Below, piece after piece: positions 30,140-42,413 of a stretch of DNA of 64,000 nt. The stretch is from an uncultured Planctomycetota bacterium. GTDB lineage: Bacteria; Planctomycetota; Planctomycetia; Isosphaerales; Isosphaeraceae. Made by a program: the position numbers and the translations under genes. The stretch covers positions 5,376,001 to 5,440,000 of the forward strand of contig CAVTTN010000002.1 in NCBI GenBank assembly GCA_963737655.1, written 5' to 3'. The notes under the pieces are model-generated. The model did not search any database and had not been told where the DNA came from. It saw only the letters and a program-made list of their open reading frames with translations. How positions within the stretch are numbered: position 1 is the first letter of the stretch; the number at the start of each line of letters is the position of its first letter.

Positions 30140-31717
30140 ATGCCAGAGACCCCGACCGGGACGGTCCTGATCCTCGAGGACGACGCCGGGATCGCCCAGC
30201 TCGAGCGCAGGAGGCTCGAGCGCGCAGGGTTCTCCGTCGCCGTCTCCTCCTCGGCCGAGGAAGCTCGCGCCGCCCTGGCCGCGGGCGGGGTGGACCTCAT
30301 GGTCCTCGACTACAAGCTGAATGAGGCCGCCACCGGGCTGGACTTCTACCGGGACCTGAGCGAGACCGGGCTGGGCGTCCCCTCGATCCTGGTGACCGGC
30401 TTCGCCGACGAGGCCATGCTCGCCCGGGCCCTGCGCGAGGGGGTCCGCGACTTCCTCCCCAAGACGCCCGACTACCTCGATTTCCTCGTCCCGGCCGTCG
30501 TCCGCGTGATGGACCAGATCCGCATCGAGCGCGAGCTCCACCTCCAGCGAGAGCAGCTCTTCCGCGAGCAGGCCGCCCGCCTGGAAGCCGAGGCCGAACG
30601 CAAGGCCCTGGCCGAGGAAGACCGCCGCAAGGACGAATTCCTCGCCATGCTCGCCCACGAGCTGCGGAACCCCCTGTCGGCCATCTCCAGCGCCGTGAAC
30701 CTCGCCCGCGCCACCCCCTCCGACGAGCACCGCGACTGGTCCAACGAGGTCATCACCCGCCAGGTCAAGCACCTCACCCATCTGATCGACGACTTGCTGG
30801 ACGTCTCGCGAATCCGCCTGGGGAAGATCCAGCTCCGTCGCCAGCCCCTGGAGGCGGCCGAGGTCATGGCCCGCGCCGTCGAGACCGTCCGGCCCCTCCT
30901 GGAGAGGAAGAGGCACGGCCTGGCGGTCTCGATCGAGCCGGGCCCTCTCCGCGTCGATGCCGACCCGACGAGGCTGGAGCAGGTCCTGGTCAACCTGCTG
31001 ACCAACGCCGCCAAGTACACCGACGAAGGCGGCCGGATCGCGATCTCCGCCGGCCGCGACGGGCCGAACGTCGCCTTCCGCGTGAAGGACAACGGCACCG
31101 GCATCCCCCGGGAGATGCTCCCGAGGATCTTCGACCTGTTCATCCAGGTCGATCGATCGCTGGACCGGTCCCAGGGGGGCCTGGGGATCGGCCTCACCCT
31201 GGTCCGCAAGCTGGTCGAGAGCCACGGAGGGACCGTCTCCGCGACGAGCGCCGGCCCCGGCCTCGGGAGCGAGTTCGTCGTCCGCCTGCCGGCCCTGTCC
31301 GACTCCGTCCACGTGGCCCCGAGCTCCTCGAATTCGGGTCGTCGCCCGACCATGGCCGAGAACTCCAAACGGGTCCTCGTGGTGGACGACAACATCGACG
31401 CCGCCAGGGGCCTGGCCCGGCTCCTCAAGGTCGAGGGCCACGACCTGGCCATCGCCCACGACGGCCGCGAGGCCCTCGACGCCGCCCGGGCCCACCGCGC
31501 CGAGGTGATCCTCCTGGACATCGGACTGCCCGGACTCGACGGCTACCAGGTCGCCGAGATCCTCCGTCGCGAGGGCTTCGCCGACGCCACCATCATCGCC
31601 GTCTCCGGCTACGGGCAGGACGAGGACCGCAAGAGGAGCGAGCGAGCCGGCTTCAACCACCACCTGGTCAAGCCCGTCGATCACGACTTCCTCCTCCGCC
31701 TGATCGCCGGGGCGTAG
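30140..31717 (+). CDS. Hybrid histidine kinase (REC-HisKA-HATPase-REC)
   Basis: AHELRNPL, NLLTNAAKY, GLGIGL; receiver domains at both ends. Confidence 0.92.
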   Translation: MPETPTGTVLILEDDAGIAQLERRRLERAGFSVAVSSSAEEARAALAAGGVDLMVLDYKLNEAATGLDFYRDLSETGLGVPSILVTGFADEAMLARALREGVRDFLPKTPDYLDFLVPAVVRVMDQIRIERELHLQREQLFREQAARLEAEAERKALAEEDRRKDEFLAMLAHELRNPLSAISSAVNLARATPSDEHRDWSNEVITRQVKHLTHLIDDLLDVSRIRLGKIQLRRQPLEAAEVMARAVETVRPLLERKRHGLAVSIEPGPLRVDADPTRLEQVLVNLLTNAAKYTDEGGRIAISAGRDGPNVAFRVKDNGTGIPREMLPRIFDLFIQVDRSLDRSQGGLGIGLTLVRKLVESHGGTVSATSAGPGLGSEFVVRLPALSDSVHVAPSSSNSGRRPTMAENSKRVLVVDDNIDAARGLARLLKVEGHDLAIAHDGREALDAARAHRAEVILLDIGLPGLDGYQVAEILRREGFADATIIAVSGYGQDEDRKRSERAGFNHHLVKPVDHDFLLRLIAGA

Positions 31718-31880
31718 GGCGAGGAAAGTGTGCCTCGTCCTTCTCACGGGCCCCGAGCCCGCCGAGAATCGTCCCCCCGCCAACCAAGCGATCTCGATGG
31801 CCTCCCCCTCGGTCTGGTACGGTGACATGCCCGGCCGGGGCCGTCCGGCCGGAGTTTGAGACGGCCGAGCGAGGGGATCG

Positions 31881-33665
<1,785 letters not shown>

Positions 33666-33669
<4 letters not shown>

Positions 33670-33712
33670 GGTGCATGCAATGCACCGTCATGTAGGGCGG
33701 GTGAAACCCGCC
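33666..33712 (+). repeat. Tandem pair of GTAG-REP units
   Basis: GTAGGGTGCATGCAATGCACC and GTAGGGCGGGTGAAACCCGCC, exact reverse complements of the units at 18160 and 18134. Confidence 0.88.
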
Positions 33713-33778
33713 ACAAGCGGCGGCCAAAGGCCGCCCTCCTTGACAATGCATCCAGGGAGCTTTGCGGAGGCATCCTTC

Positions 33779-34558
33779 ATGAGCACCCGGCCCGAGGTCG
33801 AGCCTCCGATCCCTCCCGAGCCACCCGCGAAACGGCGTTCTTACTCCGGCCTCTGGATGAAGCGAATCTTCTGGATCGCGCTCGCCTGCGCCCTCCTGGC
33901 CTGGCTGGGGAAGGCGGTCGAGCGAGCCCGCGAGGCGGCCCGGTTCTCGCAATGCTATGACGACTTCAAGTGGGTCGGGCTGGCCCTTCAGAATTATCAC
34001 GACGTCTATGGATCGCTCCCGCCCGCGTACCTGACCGATGCCCGAGGCAAGCCCACCCTGAGCTGGCGAGTCCTGATCCTCCCCTTTGCCGACGGGGACA
34101 CCCTGTACCATTCCTTCAACCTCTCGGAGCCGTGGGACGGGCCGACCAACCTCCCGCTCCTGGCCAGGATGCCCCGGTTCTACGGCTGTCCGAGCCGGGA
34201 GTCCAGGTGGCCGCGAGGTCTCACCAAATGCGTGGCGATCACCGGCCCGGGGACGGCGTTCCCGGGCGCGACGTCGGTCCGGTTCGACGACATCACGGAC
34301 GGACTGGACGAGACGATCCTGCTCGCCGAGGTCGAGACGCTGGAAGTCCCCTGGACGGCCCCGATCGACCTGGACCTCCGCACGATGAGCCTCCGGATCG
34401 ACGACCCGAACCGGCCCTCGATCTCCAGCCCACACCCCCGAGGCCCTTCGACCCTGACGGCGAGCTCGATGGTGCGGTTCCTCCCGAGGTCGATCGCGCC
34501 CGAGTCCCTGAGGGCCAGGATGACCATCGCGGGGCGTGAGCCCTCTTCGCCGGATTGA
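33779..34558 (+). CDS. DUF1559 domain protein
   Basis: TM helix, AREAAR..QC...GLALQNYHD...SWRVLILPF...EPWDGP.N...ITDGLDETI. Confidence 0.85.
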   Translation: MSTRPEVEPPIPPEPPAKRRSYSGLWMKRIFWIALACALLAWLGKAVERAREAARFSQCYDDFKWVGLALQNYHDVYGSLPPAYLTDARGKPTLSWRVLILPFADGDTLYHSFNLSEPWDGPTNLPLLARMPRFYGCPSRESRWPRGLTKCVAITGPGTAFPGATSVRFDDITDGLDETILLAEVETLEVPWTAPIDLDLRTMSLRIDDPNRPSISSPHPRGPSTLTASSMVRFLPRSIAPESLRARMTIAGREPSSPD

Positions 34559-34913
34559 TCCGGGAAGACCCGAAAAGGGTTCACTTTCACAATTTCCAAC
34601 TGATGAATTTCACTTTCCCCCATGCTGCTTCGAACGGTCCGGCCTCACCCAGTCCAGGATTCGATCGACGATCGTAGGCGGCCGGAGCACCTGCCACAAC
34701 CGCGAGCGAGCCGCCCCGGAGGGAAAGCTCCGGGCCTTGATCCCGCTGTTCGAGGCCCGTCGATGCCGCCCGGGGCGCGGCGGGATCGCCGCCTTGCGAA
34801 TTGGCAAGGTTCCGCCCTCCTCGGACTCGCACAAGCCCCGGACCCGGACGGTTAGACACCCCCAGGCCCGGCGAGTTCCCGAAAAGCGGGCGAGCCGAGC
34901 CGCGCCGAGCCGC

Positions 34914-35588
34914 CTAGGTCGTGCGTCTCGCGGATTCGACCAATCGCCCGACGTTCCCCCGATCGGTAATCCCGCCCGAGCAGGCGGCCGATCCGATGTG
35001 GATTTCGGTCAAGCCGGCCGCGATCAACTTCGGGATGTCTTCCTCCGTGACGCTCCCACCCCCAAGGACCGCGATCCTCCCGGCGCCCCGCTTCGCGTAC
35101 TCGGCGAGCTTGCCGAGATGGTCCCTCGCCGGGCCGATCCCGCCCGAGGTCAGCAGCCGATCGGCACCGAGCCCGATCAGTTCCTCCAGCGCACCCACTC
35201 CGTCCTCGATTTCGTCGAACCCCTTGTGAAACGTGACCGACATCGGCCGGGCGAGCGCGATCAGTTCCGCCGTGCGCTCGCGATCGATCCGCCGATCGGT
35301 CGTGAGGAGGCCGAGGACGACCCCGGCCGCTCCGAGGCGTTTCGCCGCCTCGATATCTCGCCTCATGACCTCGATTTCCGCGTCGGAATGGACGAAATCG
35401 CCGCCTCGGGGCCGGATCAGGACGTGGACGGGGATCCTCAGGCGATCGCAGGCGAGGCCGATCGTCCCGGCGCTCGGGGTGATCCCGCCGACGGCCCGGT
35501 ATTCGCACAATTCGATCCGGTCGGCCCCGCCCGCCTCGGCGGCCATCGCCGATTCGATCCCCTCGACGCAGATTTCCACGATCGCCAC
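34914..35588 (-). CDS. cutC: Copper homeostasis protein CutC
   Basis: EICV...GADRIELC...GGITPS...IRPRGGDF...TFHKGFD...LLTSG. Confidence 0.92.
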   Translation of the reverse strand: MAIVEICVEGIESAMAAEAGGADRIELCEYRAVGGITPSAGTIGLACDRLRIPVHVLIRPRGGDFVHSDAEIEVMRRDIEAAKRLGAAGVVLGLLTTDRRIDRERTAELIALARPMSVTFHKGFDEIEDGVGALEELIGLGADRLLTSGGIGPARDHLGKLAEYAKRGAGRIAVLGGGSVTEEDIPKLIAAGLTEIHIGSAACSGGITDRGNVGRLVESARRTT

Positions 35589-35679
35589 GGGCCGCCTCCC
35601 CTCGCCCCGGAGGGCGAGCCTCTGATATCGTCGAAGACGAGGGATTTTGCCACCGATCCGCCCGTGAGGACACCCCGAG

Positions 35680-36135
35680 ATGCCGATCTTCGTCGATGGC
35701 GACGCCTGCCCGGTGAAGGAGGAGACCTATCGGGTCGCCCGCCGCCATGAGGTGAAGGTGTTCGTGGTCGCCAACTCGTTCATGCGAGTGCCCGCCGAGG
35801 ATCTGATCGAACTCGTCGTCGTCAAGGGCGGGTTCGACTCGGCCGACGACTGGATCGTCGAGAAGATCGGCCCGGCGGACCTCGCGATCACGACCGACAT
35901 CCCCCTGGCCGAGCGGTGCCTGAAGAAAGGGGCCCGCGTGCTCGGCCCGAAGGGGACCTTCTTCACCGAGGAGACCATCGGCGACGCCCTGGCCACCCGC
36001 GCCCTGCTCGACATGCTCCGCCAATCCGGCGAGATCGGCGGAGGCCCCGCCCCGTTCGCGAAGGCCGACCGCTCGCGGTTCCTCTCCAAGCTCGACGAGG
36101 CCCTCCACGCGATCCGCCGTGAGCACCGGGCGTGA
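35680..36135 (+). CDS. YaiI/YqxD family protein
   Basis: VDGDACPVK, ADDWI, T.DIPLA and GGPAPF motifs. Confidence 0.92.
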   Translation: MPIFVDGDACPVKEETYRVARRHEVKVFVVANSFMRVPAEDLIELVVVKGGFDSADDWIVEKIGPADLAITTDIPLAERCLKKGARVLGPKGTFFTEETIGDALATRALLDMLRQSGEIGGGPAPFAKADRSRFLSKLDEALHAIRREHRA

Positions 36136-36149
36136 CGAATTCGGAGGAC

Positions 36150-36341
36150 CAACCGCCAAGACGCCAAGTTCGCCGAGGAGAAACGAGGAAAGGAGGTAAG
36201 GGACAGGAAGTCAAAAGATCAACGTGCATTAAACTTCTCAATCTTGTTGTTTATTATATTCTAGTTCGTCTTTTCTCTTCCCGTCTCCGCTCATTCCCGC
36301 CATCCCTCTTGATCTTGGCGAACTTGGCGTCTTGGCGGTTG
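36150..36341. repeat. AACCGCCAAGACGCCAAG-family inverted-repeat element with AT-rich core
   Basis: CAACCGCCAAGACGCCAAGTTCGCC ... GGCGAACTTGGCGTCTTGGCGGTTG; same family as 9443-9633. Confidence 0.85.
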
Positions 36342-36418
36342 ATCCCGTGAGGGTCGGCCCGAATTCCTCATGACGCCCCGGCACCCCCGCCGACGACTAG
36401 GGGATAGGGGGTGTCACG

Positions 36419-37459
36419 ATGGCCCGTCGCGATCGGTCGATCTCGAAGCGATTCGCTCCGTCCGCCGAGGGCCTGGAGGACCGGTGCTTGCTCTCGGTGG
36501 GCTCGACCACGGCGGCGAATAATCAGGCGAGGGTCGCCAGGGTCCGCCACGAGCAAAAGGTGTTCATCGGGGACTTGCAGAACCTGGAATGGCGTTCTCA
36601 CGCGACCCAGGAGGAGTTCCTGGCCCTGCGGGACGACGCCCGGGCGATCGGCCAGGCCGCGTCCTCGACCACGCTGCCCCCGGCCGTCGCGGCCACGAAG
36701 GCCGCCGCCGCCTCTCTGGAGCTGGACCGCTCCACGATCGACGGCTTCCTCGATGATTCGCAGTGGGCCGCCGTGCAGTCCCGTCTGGAGGGGAACCTTG
36801 ACGGCCTGAACGTCCCCCAATCGTTGATCGACCAGACCATCGCGGACATGAAAGCGATCGCGGATTCAGCCGGAGTGACGGGTGCCGAGTACGACAAGTT
36901 CGAGCATGATTCGGACACGTTCCGCCAGGGGAACGCCTCGCTCCCGAGCGGCTACGCCCACTTCGACGACCCCGGCCTCTACTTCAGCCAGCACCTCCGC
37001 GGCTTCGTCCACGGCCAGAAGGAGACCAGGCAGGCCGCGATCCGATCGCTGAACGCCGACCTCCGCGCCATCGCCGCCTCGCCGTCGGACCTCGAGACCC
37101 TCCGCCGCGACGCCGGGTCTCTCCAGACCATCGAGGCGGGCCTCACGAGCGACCAGGTCGACTCCGTCGAGGCCGCCTTGACGACGGCCCTCGCCGATCC
37201 CTCCCCCTCGCCGGCCGAGATCGCGAGCCTGGGCGCGACCCTGGATGCGATCTACGGGCCGGGCGTCTCGCCGACGGTGAGCACCGCCTCGAATCGGCTC
37301 CTGAACGATTTCGCGAACTTCGCCGCCGCCCTGGGCGGCTCCGCGGACCACGTCGCGACGGTCCTCAACGACGTCCGGGCCGTCGTCGATGCCGGAGGGT
37401 CGGTCGCGACCAACCCGTTCCGCATCACGATCTCGCGGACGGGCGCGGCGACCTCGTGA
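36419..37459 (+). CDS. LEPR-XLL-type extracellular hypothetical protein
   Basis: MARR...AEGLEDRCLLS N-terminal motif; Ala-rich helical body. Confidence 0.7.
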   Translation: MARRDRSISKRFAPSAEGLEDRCLLSVGSTTAANNQARVARVRHEQKVFIGDLQNLEWRSHATQEEFLALRDDARAIGQAASSTTLPPAVAATKAAAASLELDRSTIDGFLDDSQWAAVQSRLEGNLDGLNVPQSLIDQTIADMKAIADSAGVTGAEYDKFEHDSDTFRQGNASLPSGYAHFDDPGLYFSQHLRGFVHGQKETRQAAIRSLNADLRAIAASPSDLETLRRDAGSLQTIEAGLTSDQVDSVEAALTTALADPSPSPAEIASLGATLDAIYGPGVSPTVSTASNRLLNDFANFAAALGGSADHVATVLNDVRAVVDAGGSVATNPFRITISRTGAATS

Positions 37460-37490
37460 CCCCGGCGAAGGAGGAATCGCCGAGGGTTCG

Positions 37491-38576
37491 TCAGGCGTCG
37501 GCGGCGAGCCGGATCGGCCTTTTTTCTCGCTTCGATCGATAGATGGCCGAGAACATCGCCACCACCGCCCTCCCGTCCTCGGCCGAGACCTCGGGCGGTC
37601 GTCCTTGCAGGATCGCCCCGAGGAATTCGTCGATCTGGAGAGCATGATAATAGGTAGTGGCATCGATCCGGGCGAATCGCTCGCGGTCCTCGGCCTGGAA
37701 TTCGGCGAGCTTGTGCTCCTCGCCGGGGACATTCCACAGGTCGTTCAGGGCCGGCTCGGCGATCGTGGAGACCCCGGCCACGAAAGTGGCGCCCCGGTCG
37801 GTCTCCACGCCGATCGACGCCCCGTTTGATCCGTGAACATGGACCTTGGTGAACAAACCCGGCCTCTGCGACACGCTCGTGATGATCGATCCGATCCCGC
37901 CGCCCCGAAATCTCACGATCGCCACCGCCGAATCCTCGACCTCGATCTCGGGGTGATTCACGTTGGCCCAGTCCCCCGAAATTTCCTCGACCTCGCCCAT
38001 GAACATCCGCAGCAAGTCGAGCTGATGGGGCGACTGGTTCACGAGGACGCCGCCGCCCTCGGTGGCCCACTTGCCGCGCCACGGGTCGGACTCGTAATAG
38101 GCGCGGTCTCGCCAGCTATACATCTGGAACACGCCGATCGCGGGGGCGCCGACCTTGCCCTCGTCGATGGCGGCCTTCATCCGGCGGACCGGCTCCAGCC
38201 ATCGCCTCTGGCTGATCACGGAGAGGCGGACCTTCGCCTCGTCGGCCGCGGCGATCATCGCATCGCAGTCGGCCAGGGTCGCGGCCATCGGCTTTTCCAC
38301 GAGGACGTGCGCCCCGGCCCCCGCCGCCTCGATCGCGGCCGACGCGTGGAGCGGATGAGGGGTGGCGATCGTCACGGCGTCGATCCCGACGTCCGAGAGC
38401 ATCGCGCCGACGTCCGAGTACGCCGTCGCGCCGAACCTCGCCGCGAACGCCTCCGCCCGATCGGCGCCGGCGTCGCACACGGCGACCAGCTCCGAATGCG
38501 GAGAGTCGCGGAGGGCCTGGGCGTGGATCTGCCCGACCTTCCCGCAGCCGATCACGGCCGTCCTCAATCGCTCCAC
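37491..38576 (-). CDS. Gfo/Idh/MocA family oxidoreductase
   Basis: IGCGKVG, HVLVEKPMA, WRGKWATEGGGVLVNQSPHQLD. Confidence 0.92.
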   Translation of the reverse strand: MERLRTAVIGCGKVGQIHAQALRDSPHSELVAVCDAGADRAEAFAARFGATAYSDVGAMLSDVGIDAVTIATPHPLHASAAIEAAGAGAHVLVEKPMAATLADCDAMIAAADEAKVRLSVISQRRWLEPVRRMKAAIDEGKVGAPAIGVFQMYSWRDRAYYESDPWRGKWATEGGGVLVNQSPHQLDLLRMFMGEVEEISGDWANVNHPEIEVEDSAVAIVRFRGGGIGSIITSVSQRPGLFTKVHVHGSNGASIGVETDRGATFVAGVSTIAEPALNDLWNVPGEEHKLAEFQAEDRERFARIDATTYYHALQIDEFLGAILQGRPPEVSAEDGRAVVAMFSAIYRSKREKRPIRLAADA

Positions 38577-38577
38577 G

Positions 38578-39480
38578 TCACGGCTCCGGGAAGTGTTTGG
38601 CGGTGATCTCGCGGAGGAACGCCAGGGACTCGGCCATCTCCCCCATCCCGTTCATCCCGTCCTCGATACTCACCCAGCCCCGGTAACGGTGGGCCGCGAG
38701 GATGCGGAAGATCGAATCGTAATCATTCAAGCCTTGACCGGTCACTCCGTGCCGGAGGTCGGGGGAATACCCGAGGGTGCCGTCGGCCTGGCGGAGCGAT
38801 TCGATCGTGGCGCCCTCCGCCAGGTAGCGATCGCTGGCGTGCATGCTCACCACGCGGCCGGCCACGGCCTCGAGGAGCTCGATGGGATCGTCGCCGGCCA
38901 CGATCGCGTTCGACGGGTCGTACTGGACCCCGAAGGATCGCCTCTCCGGGATCGCGTCGAGCAGCGCGAGGAAGACCTCCTTCTTCTGGGCGAACTCGGG
39001 ATAGGCCCAGAATCCATCCTTGTAGTGATTTTCAAGCCCCAGGATCACGTCATGTTCGCGGGCGACGGGCAAGACGCTCTCGATGCAGGAGATCACCCAT
39101 CCCAGCCCTTCCTCGACGCCCACATCGGGATATCTCGGCCCCGAGAGCACGCGGCAGACCGAGCCGGGGCCGCCGAGCCGTCTCGTCACGGCGATCAGCT
39201 CGGCCTCGCGATCGACGGCGCGTTTCCTCGCGTCGGCGTCGGGGTTGGTGAAGTCGGGCGAGCAGCAGAGCATGGGCATGGCGAAGCCGGCGTCGTGGAT
39301 CGCCTCGCCCACGGTGTCGAGATAGCCCGGTTCGAGGCTCGGGAAGAAGCCGTCGTACATCTCGAGGCCGTCGGCGTCGAGCGACCTGGCCATTCCGATC
39401 CAGTCGAAGACGCTCATCGTCCTCCGGCCGGCGATGTCGTCGAGGTAGCATTTCGGGAACGCGGAGAGCTTGAGGGGCAC
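38578..39480 (-). CDS. Sugar phosphate isomerase/epimerase (xylose-isomerase-like TIM barrel)
   Basis: LENH, YDPSN, MHASDR and SIEDG motifs. Confidence 0.88.
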   Translation of the reverse strand: MPLKLSAFPKCYLDDIAGRRTMSVFDWIGMARSLDADGLEMYDGFFPSLEPGYLDTVGEAIHDAGFAMPMLCCSPDFTNPDADARKRAVDREAELIAVTRRLGGPGSVCRVLSGPRYPDVGVEEGLGWVISCIESVLPVAREHDVILGLENHYKDGFWAYPEFAQKKEVFLALLDAIPERRSFGVQYDPSNAIVAGDDPIELLEAVAGRVVSMHASDRYLAEGATIESLRQADGTLGYSPDLRHGVTGQGLNDYDSIFRILAAHRYRGWVSIEDGMNGMGEMAESLAFLREITAKHFPEP

Positions 39481-39651
39481 GGGCCGGGCCTCCCGATCGA
39501 TCGCGATTGGTCGGCCGCAACCGTATCATCGCGAGGGCGCCGAGGCAACCGATCGCCCCCCCGGGTGGCGTCGAGAGCCGCCGACAAGTAGGATAGCGGC
39601 AGGCGAGCGATCCCCGCGATTCCTCCGGTCGATCGAAGAGGATGACGACGC

Positions 39652-42387
39652 ATGAACGGGCGAATCGTTCCAACGACCGTGGCGGCGCTGGCGATCCTCG
39701 CCGGACTGGCGAGGGCCGACGAGGCCGACAAGCTCGCCCGGGAGATCCTCGCCGACCGCTGCCTCTCGTGCCACTCGGCCGACGCGAAGAAGGGCGGCCT
39801 GGACCTCTCGCGGCGCCCCTCGGCGCTGGCGGGTGGCGACTCGGGCCCGGCCGTGGTCCCGGGGAAGCCGGCCGAGAGCCTGATCATCGAGAAGCTGACG
39901 GCCGGCGAGATGCCGCCGAAGGGGGCGCTCGCGCCCGAGCAGGTCGCCGCGGTCCGCGATTGGGTCGCCCGAGGCGCCGAATACGGCCCCGAGCCGATCG
40001 CCGCAAGGAGGGCCGGTGCCGATTGGTGGTCGCTCCGCCCGATCCGCCGGCCCGATCCGCCGGCCGTCGGCGATCGCGGGTGGGCCCGGTCGGAAATCGA
40101 CCTGTTCATCCTGGCCAGGCTCGAAGCGAGCGGGCTGAAGCCGTCGCCGGAGGCGACGCGTCGCGAGTTCATCCGCCGCGTGACGTTCGACCTGATCGGC
40201 CTCCCGCCGACGCCCGAGGAAGTCTCGGGATTCGTGAACGACCCGGCCGAGGACGCCCACGCAGCCCTCGTCGATCACCTGCTCGCGTCCCCTCGGTATG
40301 GGGAGCGATGGGCCCGCCACTGGCTGGACGTGGTGAGGTTCGCCGAGAGCCACGGCTACGAGACGAACTCGCTCCGGCCGAACGCCTGGCCGTATCGCGA
40401 CTACGTCATCCGGGCCTTCAATGACGACGTCCCGTTTTCGCGATTCGTCGCCGAGCAGATCGCCGGAGACGCCCTCCCCGATGGCGATTTCCTCGCCCGA
40501 TCGGCCACGGGGTTCCTGGTGGGCGGGACCCACGACACGGTCGGCAACCAGACCGAGGCCGGCAGCAAGCAGCAGAGGGTGGACGACCTGGACGACATCA
40601 TCACCGCCACCGGGACCACCTTCCTTGGCCTGACGGTCCATTGTGCGCGATGTCATGATCACAAATTTGATCCGATTGCACAAAAGGACTATTACGGCCT
40701 GCAGGCCGTGTTCGCCGGGGTCCAGCACGCCGACCGCGACCTCCGCCGAGACGACGCGGACCGCGACCGTCGCGAGGCGGAATCGATCTCGGCCGAGATC
40801 GCCCGGATCGACCGCGAGCTCGACGCGATCGAGCCGCTCGCCCGGGTCGGGCCCGGCCCGGCGAGCCGCCCGGCCGTGAATCCGCGGAGGAACGTCGAGC
40901 GGTTCCCGCCGATCGTGGCCAAGGCGGTGAGGATGACCGTCCGGGCCACGGCCGACGGGATCGAGCCGTGCGTGGACGAGCTGGAAGCCTGGACGGCCCG
41001 CGAGGATTCCCGCAACGTGGCGCCGTCCGGCGTGCCGTCGGCCTCGTCCACGTATGCGAATAATCCGTCTCACAAGCTGGAGCACATCAACGACGCGCGT
41101 TACGGCAACGGCCGGAGCTGGATCTCGGCCGAGTCGGGCCGGGGGTGGGTGCGGATCGACTTGCCCGAGGCCGTGGCGATCGACCGCGTGGTCTGGGGCC
41201 GCGACCGCGAGGAGGCGTACCGCGACCGGACCGCCCGGGATTATTCGATCGAGGTGGCCGACGAGTCCGGTCGGTGGACCGAGGTCGCGTCCTCGATCGA
41301 TCGTTCCGCGGCCGGCCCCGGAACATCGCCCGCCGACCCGGCCCGCGCGGCCTTGGAGGGCAAGAAGCGGGAGCTTCGCGAGCGGATGGGCACGCTCTCG
41401 CCGACGATGAAGGTCTATGCAGGGACCTTCGCACAGCCGGGGCCGACGCGGCTCCTCCGTCGCGGCGACCCGATGCAACCGAAGGACGCCGTGCCTCCGT
41501 CGGCCCTGCGATCGGTCCGGCCTCCGCTGGTCCTGGCCGAGGACGCCCCCGAGTCCGAGCGTCGCCTGGCCCTGGCCCGCTGGATCGCGAGTCCCGAGAA
41601 CCCCTTGCCGGCCCGGGTGATGGTCAACCGGCTCTGGCAGGGGCACTTCGGCCGGGGGATCGTGGCCACGCCCAGCGACTTCGGGTTCAACGGCGACCGC
41701 CCGTCTCACCCCGAATTGCTCGACTGGCTCGCCGCCGAATTCCTCGCCAACGGGGGCCGGCTGAAGCCCCTGCACCGCAGGATCGTGCTCTCGGCGGCGT
41801 ACCGGCAGTCGTCGCGGATCGACCCGAAGGGGATGGCCGTCGATGCGTCCGATCGCCTGCTCTGGAGGGTCGCGCCGAGGCGGCTGGAGGCGGAGGCGAT
41901 CCGCGACGCGATCTTGAGCGTCTCGGGCGAGCTGGACCTCCGACCCGGGGGGCCGGGGTACAACATCTGGGAGCCGAACACGAATTATGTGGTCGTGTTC
42001 ACTCCCCGGCGCGACCTGGGGCCGGACACATTCCGCCGGATGATCTACCAGTTCAAGCCCAGGAGCCAGCAGGACGTCACATTCGGCGCGTTCGACTGCC
42101 CCGACGGCGGCCTCGTGGCGCCGAGGCGGAACGTCTCGACCACGGCGTTGCAGGCCGCGAACCTGCTGAACAGCCGGTTCCTGCTGGCGAGGAGCGAATC
42201 GTTCGCGAGGAGGCTCGAACGCGAGGCCGAGGGGCCGGATCGGGTCGGTCGAGCCTTCCTCCTGGCCGTCGGCCGCGAGCCGACCGACGCCGAACTCAGG
42301 GCCGCCGAGGCGCTCGTCCGCGATCACGGCCTCTCGACGTTGTGCCGCGCCCTGATCAATGCGAACGAGTTCGTCTATCTGCCGTGA
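39652..42387 (+). CDS. Planctomycete cytochrome c + DUF1549/DUF1553 protein with discoidin-like insert
   Basis: [44 protein letters not shown] and [11 protein letters not shown] motifs. Confidence 0.9.
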   Translation: MNGRIVPTTVAALAILAGLARADEADKLAREILADRCLSCHSADAKKGGLDLSRRPSALAGGDSGPAVVPGKPAESLIIEKLTAGEMPPKGALAPEQVAAVRDWVARGAEYGPEPIAARRAGADWWSLRPIRRPDPPAVGDRGWARSEIDLFILARLEASGLKPSPEATRREFIRRVTFDLIGLPPTPEEVSGFVNDPAEDAHAALVDHLLASPRYGERWARHWLDVVRFAESHGYETNSLRPNAWPYRDYVIRAFNDDVPFSRFVAEQIAGDALPDGDFLARSATGFLVGGTHDTVGNQTEAGSKQQRVDDLDDIITATGTTFLGLTVHCARCHDHKFDPIAQKDYYGLQAVFAGVQHADRDLRRDDADRDRREAESISAEIARIDRELDAIEPLARVGPGPASRPAVNPRRNVERFPPIVAKAVRMTVRATADGIEPCVDELEAWTAREDSRNVAPSGVPSASSTYANNPSHKLEHINDARYGNGRSWISAESGRGWVRIDLPEAVAIDRVVWGRDREEAYRDRTARDYSIEVADESGRWTEVASSIDRSAAGPGTSPADPARAALEGKKRELRERMGTLSPTMKVYAGTFAQPGPTRLLRRGDPMQPKDAVPPSALRSVRPPLVLAEDAPESERRLALARWIASPENPLPARVMVNRLWQGHFGRGIVATPSDFGFNGDRPSHPELLDWLAAEFLANGGRLKPLHRRIVLSAAYRQSSRIDPKGMAVDASDRLLWRVAPRRLEAEAIRDAILSVSGELDLRPGGPGYNIWEPNTNYVVVFTPRRDLGPDTFRRMIYQFKPRSQQDVTFGAFDCPDGGLVAPRRNVSTTALQAANLLNSRFLLARSESFARRLEREAEGPDRVGRAFLLAVGREPTDAELRAAEALVRDHGLSTLCRALINANEFVYLP

Positions 42388-42413
42388 AAACTGCGAGACG
42401 CGGAGGATTGTTC

